64,000 nucleotides of DNA from Styela clava (lineage: Eukaryota): positions 5,704,001 through 5,768,000 of the forward strand of contig NC_135263.1 in the NCBI RefSeq assembly GCF_964204865.1, given 5' to 3'. Position numbers and translations under genes: made by a program. The notes below the pieces were generated by a model. That model worked only from the letters and a program-made list of their open reading frames with translations. It was not told the origin of the DNA and did not search any database. Shown here piece by piece: positions 41,844 to 54,152 of this stretch (positions are counted from its first letter, which is position 1; every line of letters starts with the position of its first letter).

Positions 41844-44113
41844 TTACGCTTGACTCCAGTTTGTTTCCGAACACGTTGAAGCTTGAAAGTTGGCTGATAT
41901 TCCGACGTCATGAAGAACATTGATGAATGCCGCAACCTGTGACAAAGTAGGATTCGGACTGGGAAAATATCCCCAGATCATTCGATGTGCTGAAATATTT
42001 AAAAGATGGTACGGTTATTTTGTATATACCTATTCACAGACAACAAATTATTTTAATGCTATAAGCTAATATTTTATACCTTCATCAGCTAATAAGTTCG
42101 GCGGGCAGTCAAAAACGGCAAAATAATTTTCATAATCGGTCAGAAACGTGGGGTATCCCTCTGCTAAATACTCTTCTGTGAAAAACGAATACTGTATATT
42201 GCAGGTCAGTCATTTGAAAGAATGTATAATATATGATTAATAAAAAAAATTGAAAAAAAATACGATAACTTACCGATATCCAACAATACTTTGTCATGGA
42301 GTCCATTCATTTCACGATTAATCGCGGGTTGATCATTTTCTACAAAGAAGAGATTCGCATCATATGCGTAACCGTTGAGGGGTCATGCAAAATTTTTTAA
42401 ATGCTAGTTTGCGACGTTTGTTCTATTCTTGAACGATTTACTAAAACTGGATGTAATCTAGATTGCTATCAATAATCCTTTCACCAAATGAACCAAGATA
42501 GATGAGAATATGCAGTTATATAAATTGGATAACTTCGACACCTAAGTAAGTCCGAAGTGAGATTCTTTAGTATATTGTTAGATATTAGTGGCTGCCTCTA
42601 TTTGGCTTTGTTCGGGGCAAAAGCCCTCTCCCCCCAAAATATATATATAAATAAAATTTTGCGCTGGCCTTGGTTGGCTCAATGTGTAAATATATAACGT
42701 CATATTGAAACGATACAATAGCACAGTCTTACACAATTTGCGATTTAATGCAAACTAACATACCATTATCTGATTTGGTCAAATAATAAATTCCGTTCTC
42801 ACGTAAGCTAAAGCAAAGCCCAAGCTGAACAAATCTAGAATGAACGACGACATTATTAAATTATATTTACCAACAATAACATGATTATATGTATAGTTTA
42901 GAATTTAGATATTTCATTGAGTTTTGATGTACATCATCAATTATATTATTTATTTTAAATCTGAAATGAAATGTGAAAACAGCATTTTTTTTAAGAATCA
43001 ATCAATAAGACCGTTTTACCTGACACCTCGTTCTTTCACCAGCACCCCAAACCCGGATTCTGTAGCAGTAAAGTTGGTTAATCTAGCGCAAGGGATTATG
43101 GAGGCTACAGCATCATTTGTCTGTAGTCCGGTATACCACGTGGTTTTAGAAAGCTTCAAAGAAGAAAAGATTAATTTATATTAAATTAAATGACACGAAA
43201 TAGATCTATGAATCGTTGTTGTTGTTCTTCTTCTTGTTGATGTTATATTTGTGATGTGAAAATTTCGCTTTTCCCATTAATTACTAAATCAAATAGTGAA
43301 TATTTCCAGCGTTTAAAAAATTGTGGTTGTCAAAAATTTCTGTGGACTTTGTGGGATTCGTATTTTACTTTGAAGTTTTGTATGTTGACGTCATCAACAT
43401 TGAAAATTGCGCAAAGTTTGGCGGTTCCACGATCGTGAATCAGCGATATTGAGCTTAGCAAGTTCGGGAGTTTTTCGAAAATGCAGGCTACCCATAGCAA
43501 AACATATCACAGTTGTAACTCATTTGCTATATCGTTTCACATTGAGACAGGTCGACGCATGAATCATCATCGCTACAGGAACTGGAAAAGCGAGGACAGT
43601 TTGTGTACCGCCACTAAGAAGTCACGGTAGCAGCTCATTTAGGATATATATAGTTTTGTGGGTAAAAAAATCGTTTTGGTACTCGTGTACATGTATTTGA
43701 GCATTACTTTCATGTTCTTGATCAATTGTTATGAGTGCAGTTCATTGACGATTGCTTTAAAATGTGCTATTCCGTTGTCCTGGCCTACACTGTTTATTAC
43801 AAACAATATTCGAAATATCAAGTATTGTTGATAGGTTGGTAGTATTACGAGTGATAGTTTGGCACCCACAGCGTAACAAAGATTCTGATTTGAAATTTAG
43901 AAACATAATAGGTACATATAGTAAAAAGAGTTTTTTATCAAACAATCGTATAACTGAAATACCGATTCATACCACAAACGTTATTTATAACAAATTTACC
44001 TTGTGAGCGTCAATTTCCATTCTCACTTGAGGATAGCATTTCTGTAATTCCGATGCTGTCGATAATAAAGCATTTGATGCCAATAGCACAAGAAAGAACA
44101 AAATTAAAACCAT
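41844..44113 (-). CDS. Secreted lipocalin (ApoD-like), 6 exons, 208 aa
   Basis: Exons 44000-44113, 43020-43153, 42764-42834, 42274-42339, 42080-42175 and 41844-41989 splice in frame with intron phases 0,2,1,1,1, the lipocalin pattern. Signal peptide; SCR1-like CYPQVRMEIDAHKLSKTTWY; SCR2 LTDYENYFAVFDC; C-terminal Cys (ASTCSETNW); AATAAA overlaps the stop. Confidence 0.85.
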
Positions 44114-46580
44114 AATGGTTATTATAGAATCTTTTTCGTAGCGGTACTTTGTACACTTTTAGGCTATAGTAAAAGTATAAGTAAGAATCAGCGTGTTCTA
44201 TTTTCTACGTCTTGCTTCAAAACTAAAATAAGGTAATTGACTTTGGAAAAGTTAAATACATCAAAACGTATTTGCATATCTTTAGGAATCCAGACGTAAT
44301 TTAACTAAATCTGCTATGAACTTTGGAGAAATAGTAAAACCAACAAAACACATTTGAATACATCGTACCTCTTCACCCAGCCATGATGCAATTGCAAATG
44401 CAAAGTTTATTGATTTCAGTGTCTAAAGTACTCCAATGTGTAGTAGTTGTTCGTGATACGATTCCAATGTCTTATGAGGTAGCGTCTAACTCTAAGATGT
44501 ACGGTTTCTCATGTCACAACAAAAGTATATGGCAGAGTTGCCCGCTTGAGCAATGAAGTCAAATTGAATTTTACTCTACATTACATTTGGTATTGAAGGC
44601 AATATTAATATCATTTTTACAAATTTGTTGTTATACGAATATTGTCTCATCTCTTGACCAAACCCGGATTTGACTATCATAGTATTCAAATATTTTTTAA
44701 ATAGCACACTTCCGGCAATTTATAGAAAACGATTAAGGTTAATGTTGCCCGTATATAAATATTCAATTTTGTTACGTAATATATCATTATATGGCAGTGG
44801 TTCTCAACCGGGGGCCGATGGCCCCCTAAGGGGGCCACGAAGCAGTTCAAGAGGAGCCACGACACAAGACCAATAATAGATCATAAAGCAACTTAGTTTG
44901 CATACTTTTATTTTAAAATAAAATCTCCCGTTCAGGCGTTCACCGCAGTTTCATTACATGAATAGGTTATTTGCGATTTCAGGGTGAATTCACTTTCCCA
45001 TACGTGAATTGTTTCAACATATTGCCCACAATACGAAAATGGAACGACAGTCGCATTGGCGTTGGCTTCACCAAAGTAAATTGAGATGACAGAGTGAATG
45101 TAGCTATGAAGTGGCATTTCGTATTCTTAGTGCAACGGTACGACTTAACCGGAATACCGGTAGGTGCTCGCCACTAATACAGTCTAGTAATACTGTAATA
45201 ATTAGTTCAGAAGGTCCAATGTGCTGCAAAGACACACAAATAGGTTCGAAGTTCACGATGCAAACGAAGAGACTATCAAAATAGTGTAAAATCCACGCTT
45301 AAAGCAGATAAAATAAGAGCGACAAAATACGGTCCTTACCCAAAGCGTATATATAATACGCTTCTCGACCTCACCTATGTGCCAAATTTGTTTATATTCC
45401 CTTGTGATTTTATGTTGGGTTTTTATTCAAACTAAAAATCTTTTTTTTTCTTCTCCTTGTTCGGATATTCGCTTCTAAAATAAATATTAAAAAAATGTGA
45501 ATTTGTAAAAAGATGTGAAAATTATACTCTCTTTTACAGAATTTTAAACAAATCAAGTTAAATCAGCCAGGGAAACAAGCAGACAGAAGATACTTCAGCA
45601 AAACGCAAATTGAAAAAATACAGTGTTGACAAAGTGTCAATTCTACAAAAATCAGACAAAGAAAGTCTGGTTCAAAGTATGTGAACAAGTTTAGACAATC
45701 CATATTTTTTCCAGTGAAAAGATTTTGCAAAAAGAAATCTAGATTTGAAACAATCATATTTATATTTGCATTTGGGAGATGCACACAGTCTTGCAATACT
45801 CCACGTAAAATATATTTTATGGTGATAAGAAAACAGCGCCATCTTGAGTACATAAATAAATTTTATTGGTGTTTGTTCAGAATACCTCGCATTGTTAGGC
45901 GTTCGCAGTTTACAAAACACAGTTTTATACCTGATAATGCCAAGTATGCGCTTTGAAAAGATTATTAACGTATACGTCATTTGAATCAAAACTTATTGAC
46001 GAAGTGTTAATAGTTGCACAGAAAATTGCATTCCCTACATGAGGAATAAATTTGAGATGTGATTTTATCAATAAATATGTTAAAAATGCATGATAAATAA
46101 AACTTTTTAGTATCTTGAGCGTATTATTTTCTATTTTCTAATTCATACGAGCTCTGGAATAACGAGATGAAATAGTGAAAAAAAAGATCTGAATTTTAGG
46201 AAAATATTTGGAATTGTGTAAGCAAGCGACAGCGCAAGGAAATAAACGAATTATACCGATCACTATAATCAAGGTAGGTTGCTTTGTGGATAATATGATT
46301 ATTATACTAAAGTATAAAGTAATACTGCATTTCTGAGTTATTCATATATATTAATTATTAATATATATATATAGCAAAATGAGCCAAATAAAAATAGTAA
46401 AAACGATAGGAGCCAAAACTATCTGTAACTGCAGCACAAAGATTTTTTTTCGCGTGCTCAACTCGAGGGTGTGATGTAGGTTTGGCTCCATTATCAGTCA
46501 TCTTTTAAAATAACAATCTTGACTTTACAGCATTAATATAGATTGACAATACTTTCGATTGTACACGAATTGTAAACAAT

Positions 46581-46720
46581 GGAAATTCCCAAATCGTTCT
46601 TAAAGGAGATTAAATCTTCAGATTGCGGTTTACTCAATTTTCTACGTAAAAGTTGGCTACCATGGTTGCCATATTCCAATAAAAATTAAAAAACGCTTAT
46701 GGCAAATCGTATTTATAAAG
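46581..46720 (+). promoter_or_regulatory. Promoter of cystine-knot gene A: NF-kB-type site and TATA box
   Basis: GGAAATTCCC (reverse complement GGGAATTTCC, canonical kB site) at 46581-46590; TATAAA at ~46714-46719; ATG at 46766. Confidence 0.6.
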
Positions 46721-46765
46721 CTTCCGTGGTAAATATCACCATTTTGCTTTTGAGCTGCCGATGAA

Positions 46766-47992
46766 ATGAAACGGTTTATTCATTTTCTTGTCTGGCTGTG
46801 TGTTGGCCCAGCCTTCTGCTCGGCGGGAGGTCCACCAAGACGGGATAAAGCGCCACCACCACCACCACCAGAATGCCAACTTAAAAGACCACCGTAAGTG
46901 AACTGCGATTGCTTATATTTTTTAAGCGTAGTTATATTTTTATAATATTGTAATTATAATTTCTTGGTAATCTAATTCACCCATATCCGTTTCAATGTAA
47001 GTCAAATTGTCATTAATACGAATTCGTTTATATATATATAGAAAAGTCGTTTAAAAAAAAATTAAACAAGAGGTCCTGTCATATAATTATTTTTGATTCA
47101 TTTCACCTTTTTCTAAATATTTTCTATAAATTATTTTAGATTGAACAATCCGGATCCCTGTCCCATGCATGTCTATTGGGAACACAGATGTTTGCCTCCG
47201 AAACCATGTTTATTTACAATTAAGAAAGGGATTGTAAGAGAAAAAGGCGTGAAACATTACGTGAAACTGTCTCTTCCAGTAACACACTTATCTCGAGAAT
47301 GCAAGTATGTGGAATATCTGATTTATTGAATGAAATTTCAAAAGTTGCATGTTAGTAAATATTCTTCGATGTTACAATTTTAATAAGACAGCTGAAAAAT
47401 CTACGTTACATATTTAAAGTATAATTTCACATCACACAAATTCGTTACACTCGCAGAAAATTAAATTGTATTAATCTAATTTTATTTTCAGAAAATATGG
47501 CAAAATATGCAGTCCTGGAAAAAAATATTGCACATGCCAGCACAAGGGAGAGTGGGTTAAGATAAAGGCTTGGGTACTTTGGAAAAAGAACAATTTTCAT
47601 ATTTCTGCTCTCAAAAAAGTTGAAGCGCTAGTAAGTTAATGACAGGGGCAAAGCCTGACAAGATTGATTAAAATTATCCTGGCAGATATTGTAATGGCTT
47701 CTGTTTTCAAAATAGAGTTTGCTTGCAACATTGGTCTTAAAAATGGCTATTCAATGTATCACTAATAAATACTTCGCCATGTAATAAATCACTGTCAACG
47801 GAAACCGAATTCGATTGCAACAGAAGCCACTTATCATACATGTGATATAATACTAAGATTTAATACTTTATCTGAGACTTATGAGACTTATCTGAGCTTA
47901 TCCATTCACATTTCATTTCTTTTAATATTATTTTATAGGTCCCGGGTGGATGTATGTGTGCAAGGAGAAACATAGTATCTTTCGTACCATAA
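46766..47992 (+). CDS. Secreted cystine-knot-like protein A, 4 exons, 161 aa
   Basis: Exons 46766-46893, 47140-47304, 47492-47630 and 47939-47992 (phases 2,2,0) give MKRFIHFLVWLCVGPAFCSAGGPPRRDKAPPPPPPECQLKRPPLNNPDPCPMHVYWEHRCLPPKPCLFTIKKGIVREKGVKHYVKLSLPVTHLSRECKKYGKICSPGKKYCTCQHKGEWVKIKAWVLWKKNNFHISALKKVEALVPGGCMCARRNIVSFVP*. AATAAA at ~48045. Confidence 0.88.
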
Positions 47993-48823
47993 TATCTTTT
48001 TTATCGTAAATCATATTATGGAAAAAGCGATTTATCAAGTTGACAATAAATAAATTGCTATCGATGCATTTTTATTATTTATGCCATTCATGTGGATCAG
48101 TATTCAATTTGGGGAATTTCGCACCATTTTATTAGAAATGATGAAGAGTTCATATCAGTAAAGTTATCACATCACGACTGCGACGATATTTCCGTGATAT
48201 ATGATTTATTCAGACAGCTGAAACTTAAATACAATTCAAAACTAGATACAGAATTCAAAGTATAAATGCAACATGTCGTAGAAACGAAGGACATGAATAA
48301 CGAATAGCGTATTGAGTTATCCTTATCATTTTGAAATTGCGCGGTTAATAGTTAGGGTTCTCCACTGAACAAATCATCAACCCAAACAACCCCCTCTCAA
48401 GATCAAATTTGCCGAACTTGGAAGATTACTAATCTTCTGAATACATAGAAGCTGAGATGTGCACTTGTTAAAAAAAAAAACGGAAAAAAAAATTTAGATC
48501 ACAACATTAATAATTAAATATATATAGGGGGTAAAACGTTTTAAATATAACTAAAATTGCCAATGTGTTTAGCTATGAATGGGACACAAGCCATGCACCC
48601 TTTTGTGGAGTAAAGAATTGTATAAAGCGTCTAGTTTTTCAGATGAAAAAAATTAATAAAGTTGAAAATAAAGACTAGCACTGAATAAACTTCTTTTATG
48701 TAAAATCATCAATAGAGCAATCATCCAATGCTTGGGTACTTCTTCTTCAAGAAAGAGTTCCCTAAGAGAGAGTAGTTTGTGCGTTAGACTAATGTGTGGG
48801 GTGGTGCCGAGTCAGCTAGAGTC

Positions 48824-49119
48824 CAGTGGTTCCCAACCTTTTTTAAAACACTTAAATTTTGTCAAAAAATAAATTTCGTAAAATCTCGCACCGAGGATAT
48901 GCTCAAATACTAAAAGGCATGTAGTGCTTCTATTGCCGCAAAATTAAATTATAAATACAAAAAAAAATCTACAATATTATTAAGCAACATTTCAGTATCA
49001 AATACAAAATAAACAAAAAAATCCACTAGAAAATAAAATCACCTTTATGTTTAGATTGAAAAACAAAACAATAACGAGCAATCCAGTTTTCGGTCGCGAC
49101 CCGAAGGTTCGGGAAAATG
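48824..49119. mobile_element. Degenerate Charlie-type MITE between the two cystine-knot genes
   Basis: Left end CAGTGGTTCCCAACCTT; decayed right end CGCGACCCGAAGGTTCGGGAAAATG; no clean TSD. Confidence 0.5.
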
Positions 49120-50431
49120 AATTAGTCCATTTTACTCTACTAGGGTGATTATGCGCATGTGGGTTTCTTGACTCATGTTATTCTTTTCGTTTAATTATTC
49201 AAATAACCAAACTTAGCTTACAAAAATTCATATTGAACAAATAGGAAATAATTTTCCCTAATCCCCAGCCGAAGACGTGGGTTTCAATTAAATGACGACA
49301 TACCTAAAGACATCATTTGATATTAAACTGGTTAAAAAGTTGTGCACAGTTTTCGACTACAGCGCCGTCAAAATAGCATTTTGGCGTACTCTTATTTCTT
49401 TACGCAGCTGATAGCTTATTTAAAATTCATAATATGTTAGGATAAGTTTAATAGGTTTAAATTGGCCATAAACTGTGGCATTCAAAAATAATGACTATTG
49501 GTGAACTTTTCATCATTTTGTAATGACACATAACGATCTATCTATATATACAAGCAATGTATACACAGCAACAAAAGTGGCAGAGATAAATACAGTTTTA
49601 GCGAAATACAGAATATAAAAACGATAGCTTTTGTCTGCATTTGCTTTGTAAAAAATACAAGAAAATTTGAAATCAGGAAATTATTATTTTAAGCATACAT
49701 TTTTAGGTGAAAATAACGCATGAGTTTTATAATGAGGAATATTTTTGAACGTAGATACGTAGATAAAGACATAGTTTGTTTGATGCTAATCAATAGAAAC
49801 TTCCTTCTGGATATATATTGCATATTTAAGCAGTACAGGAAAATATATTTGCAAGCATCATCTTTATTTAAATAATAGTCATGGTTTCAGGAAATCTTAA
49901 AATGCTAAAAAAAATGATCTTATTGTGCGAAAATGGCGAAACTAAAGAATAAAATGGTGGAACGATATCGGCTTTAAAAGAATAACAGTATTAGTGAAAT
50001 TTTGGGTTTGCGCAAGGCAGTTCTTGGATCAGCGAACTAGTTCTTAATTTTTGTTTTGTCCCTGTTCTGAAATCTGTTGATAGCGAGTTTTACAAAAAAA
50101 AAAAATGTTTTCAAAATTTCGAATCCCACCACTCACTGACGGGGATATCATCAGAAATACTATTGTGACAAAACAAGTTGAATGGGCGAAATATACATGG
50201 CTGTGCTTTTAAAGTTTTTCGTTATTTGAATACGGTTAACACGGATAATTTACCAAATTACTGTTCTGGTTTTTACCAATACGACCATTATCTAGAATAG
50301 ATAATAAAATAAATGTGTGCCGTATACTGGAGTGAAAAAAATATTTAACTAAAATTATTAAAATCGAAACCGCGTGGCATTTGTTTTAGTTTTAATTTAG
50401 CATGCGTTAACAGCAATGCCGCAAGCAAAGA

Positions 50432-50577
50432 TTCCCGGAATATATTCCTCCGATCAAATGAACGTTGCAGTATTATCGCATGTCAGCAGCAATTGTCATA
50501 ACATTGGAAATTCCCATTCTTCCATTAATTCTACTTATAATACCGCTCCATCTGTAACAAGTACAAGTGTTATAAAG
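50432..50577 (+). promoter_or_regulatory. Promoter of cystine-knot gene B: STAT-type GAS site, NF-kB-type site, TATA
   Basis: TTCCCGGAA at 50432-50440, GGAAATTCCC at 50506-50515, TATAAA at ~50571-50576; ATG at 50706. Confidence 0.6.
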
Positions 50578-50705
50578 ATGTTCCCGAAATTGTTTTTCAG
50601 CCTTTAACAATCGTGACGAAAATAGGTTTTTGTGGTTTTTTAAGAATTTATATAATCTGGGTTATGACTGCCGAAGTCATCAGTTGCTGAATTTGCTGCG
50701 TTACA

Positions 50706-51890
50706 ATGAAATTTGCAGTTTTTTGTATTGTACTTGTTTGTGTGACTGCGGGTTGGTCTGTGCCGCCTGACGAACCCAAAGACGTGCCCCCCCTGCCTGT
50801 TCTTCCGCCGTGCAAACTCAAAAATCCACCGTGAGTATATACTGTCAAAAATATTGGCACCTAATATTTTGTCTTTCTAATATTTATGAATATTTTATAT
50901 TTGTAATGAAATTTTGCTTCAGATGGAAAAATCCAGAACTTTGTAGAGAAAAGAAAAAGTCTAAATGTTCTCCGAGAACTTGCCTCTTTACAATAAAGAA
51001 GGGATACATTTACATAAATCAAAAAAAGGTGGAGGTTAAAGTTACGAAACCGAAAACCATAAAAGTTGTTGAGTGTCGGTAGGTTAAATCCATGTATTGT
51101 GATATTACCTACATATGTGAATGAAGGTAGAGAATAATTCATGAATTGGTAACTCGGTACTTAGGATTGGCCAACGGTATTTCGACATGATTTTATCACT
51201 TCCATTTATGACTGGCCTTATCTGTCAACCTTTTGATAAAGGTTGATCTTGATTTTTACCCAATCCAGGTGTAATTAATCGGACAGAACGAACCGCAGAC
51301 AATTTAGATAAATCTAATGGCAAAAATATTCTACTACTAGAGAAAAGATGGAATTAAATGACTTAAATATGCCGAAAAATGTTTTGATTAATTAATCGAC
51401 ATCGCTATATTATTCGTACAAATATTTGATAATATACGAAAGAGTGCTACTTTATAGAATGTAATTAAATTATTTTTCAAAATATATGAATAAAAATAAT
51501 TACAGGAACTATCTGAATAAATGCAGCAACGAGATTTCCTTCCCATGTAGATGCAAATATATGGGGAAAAGAATCTTTGAAGACTTGTATATCGCAAAGA
51601 AAATTGAAGGAAAATGGAAATCTGTTAAAACTTGGGTTCAAGTCAATGTAAGTCTTGTGAATGTCATCATTTCAATGCAGATTTCGTAACAAATATAAAG
51701 TCCATTAATGGCTTAAGCAGTGCACATTTTGACGCAATTAAAAACAACACAAATATCTAGACAAAATGTAATAACTTCACAAACTTAATATAAATTGATT
51801 AATTTGAATTGTATAACTGAAAATAATATTTCCTTATCATAGATTCCTGGTGGATGCAGATGTGCCGAAGCGAACAGAATTATAACATAG
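50706..51890 (+). CDS. Secreted cystine-knot-like protein B (paralogue of A), 4 exons, 156 aa
   Basis: Exons 50706-50830, 50923-51078, 51506-51647 and 51843-51890 (phases 2,2,0) give MKFAVFCIVLVCVTAGWSVPPDEPKDVPPLPVLPPCKLKNPPWKNPELCREKKKSKCSPRTCLFTIKKGYIYINQKKVEVKVTKPKTIKVVECRNYLNKCSNEISFPCRCKYMGKRIFEDLYIAKKIEGKWKSVKTWVQVNIPGGCRCAEANRIIT*. AATAAA at ~51947 and ~51967. Confidence 0.88.
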
Positions 51891-53198
51891 CGTCATAGAT
51901 GGAGCACCGGACGCACGCAGAGAAAATGTCAAAATGATACGCTTAAAATAAAATTATCTCTGCAGCAATAAAGATTCGTTATTTTTGTTTCAAGCTGAAA
52001 CTGTATCAGTAATTAATTAGAGTTTGATATGTTGCCTATTAAAAACGTTGGATGGGTTTTCGCTTAACATATTCAGCAGAAATCCAGTTTTCTGTTAATT
52101 TGTCGGTAGGTAACGTTGTGCGACGCCTAGCAATAATAAATATAACAAGCTTTAATATTTTCAATATCTACAATTACATCATAATCGATAATATACAATT
52201 TTCATACCAATCTGAATATATTGGATGCCATCTGAAGTACTTCACGAATCACGAATTTGGGGTTTCATGTTGCAGTTGTTAGAAAATGTTGTTTCATAGA
52301 TCGAGTGCTGTTATGCTGGAGAAACCAGGATCACAATAAGCGATGTCAAGTGATCCAACCACCTATTTCAAATTCGTATATTTATTTTCAAAATGCTCTC
52401 CTAATACATTCGCGCACATATATTGTTTAGGATTAGGATTTAGTTCAAGTATAAAAATAGAGGCCAATGCGATGCGTTTCTAATTTCCAAGGTATAAAAT
52501 TTATAGGCAAATTATAGCAAACAAAACACACCAAAAGTATTATATTTATGTAGTGCGCATCGTCACACTCTCTCAAATTATTAGACAGACATAGCCTAAG
52601 ATTTATAGTTATAACCGAATTGAATCCCTCCGTCAAACAAATCAAGTCATTTTTATTTTCTGCGTGTTTAATACAAAGATAAAGTATATTTTGCAATGTT
52701 CTTAAAATTTGATCAAAATGACATTTACAAAAATATATTTCCTCAAATCATATGTTATAATATAGAAAGTCATAATCGTTTTATTAAAATGATGACAGAA
52801 AATATAATCTCACCTGTCGGATAAAAGCTTTCCAGTAACCCTTTCATAAACTTCTGTAGCAATCTTAAAAGCTTAGCAGGATCTTGCCAAGCCCAAAGCG
52901 TATATATAATATAATGTTGTTCTTACCCAGCGACAGCAGAAGCAAGAAGGACGAAGGGTGCGAACTGCAGCCTGTTCACATATGCAGTGGTGGTTGGAGT
53001 CGAGTAACTGAAACCAACTGTCGGGCGAATTAGGGCTCAGACTCCACACACCAATGCATATGCAATAACCAGACAAGAAATATAAATAAAATAATACACA
53101 ATAAAAAATAGTACAACTCCAGTCCCGCCACATTAGCCACTACATAGCATGAAAGCTTCTTCACTGATAGTAGGCCTATGACTTGCCACAACCCATCT

Positions 53199-53340
53199 GG
53201 CTTTTCTGATCTTGTCACCATCAAAACAAAATCTAAAAACCGTTTTGATGTTGACAGTGACATTCGTCTCTGGCTGTATCAAAGACTGTGCCCCATATAA
53301 GAAACCTTGCAAGGCAGTCCCAATTGCAAGATTCCCATTG
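53199..53340 (+). pseudogene. Frameshifted C-terminus of a Buster/Charlie (ZBED5/FAM200-like) hAT transposase
   Basis: GFSDLVTIKTKSKNRFDVDSDIRL / AVSKTVPHIRNLARQSQLQDSH* matches the family dimerisation-domain tail GFS.L..IKTK.RNRL....D.R.ALS...P.I..L....Q.Q.SH. Confidence 0.85.
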
Positions 53341-54152
53341 ATTGTATATATACTAAAAAGCTTGGACTTCTTTTTGTCTCTATATAGTTTGAGTTTTCTT
53401 GGATGGTGAACAGGGGAGCCACGAGTGCAATAAGGCGCCAGAAGGGGGCCACGAGCCATAAAAGATTGGGAACCACTGTTATATGGCATCCATTGGTGAG
53501 GATGTGCAGACGTAGAGTAACGCATAAATCCGTTGCATACACTTATTTACAAGCAGGTAATATTGACGAACAAATTTTGAATGACAGAAACTAAAAAAAT
53601 TATTTACACAACAATAATTACTTAACGCACGCACACACACACACAAACACACAATCGGGAGTGTAAAAAGCGAGACCTAAAATAAATTACTCTGTAAGAA
53701 GAAAAATATACAAACAAATAAAAAAACAATGAATAAATCCTTTTGCCACACCAAATTAATAATATTATGAGGATTGCTGAATTGGATACCGAATTAGTCA
53801 AAAAGAGTTATGTACTGTGGATAGAAAATAAATATTCCTAAAAAAACATCGTCAAGCTGATTTTAATTGGAGTCACCTAATGCCGAATTGCCCAATCCGA
53901 ATTGCCAGGTTGAATGCATGGAGAGGTGGGCTAGACTTGCTTCACTCACCAGATAGAAGAAAAACCTATCCAAATTAACTCCAAATTATTTTAAATACTA
54001 TTATTCAATAAAAGTGCCGGTAATTAAAATTAAGTAAGACACTGTAACACAGCCATGTTGCTGCTTCATCGTTAAGTTTTGTTCAAGATACCCTATTTCA
54101 GTGAATTTATGATAAAATATTTCATACATATTAATTATTATATACGTTTCAG

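Larger units (their letters stand above)
44795..53478 (+). mobile_element. 8.7-kb Buster/Charlie-type hAT element carrying host-like cargo genes (Pack-TIR-like)
   Basis: Left TIR CAGTGGTTCTCAAC; right TIR (reverse complement) CAGTGGTTCCCAAT. Perfect 8-bp TSD TTATATGG (44787-44794, 53479-53486) with the central TA typical of Buster. Subterminal motifs GGGGCCACGA/GGAGCCACGA at both ends. Transposase C-terminal remnant at ~53199-53340. Confidence 0.8.

Noticed and set aside
43757-44006. ORFs in lipocalin intron 1 as extra exons
   Set aside because: Exon 1 splices in frame directly to 43153 and restores the SCR1 motif; these ORFs add stops and have no motif support.
53133-53542. 130-aa and 87-aa minus-strand ORFs
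   Set aside because: Antisense to the transposase remnant and spanning the TIR.
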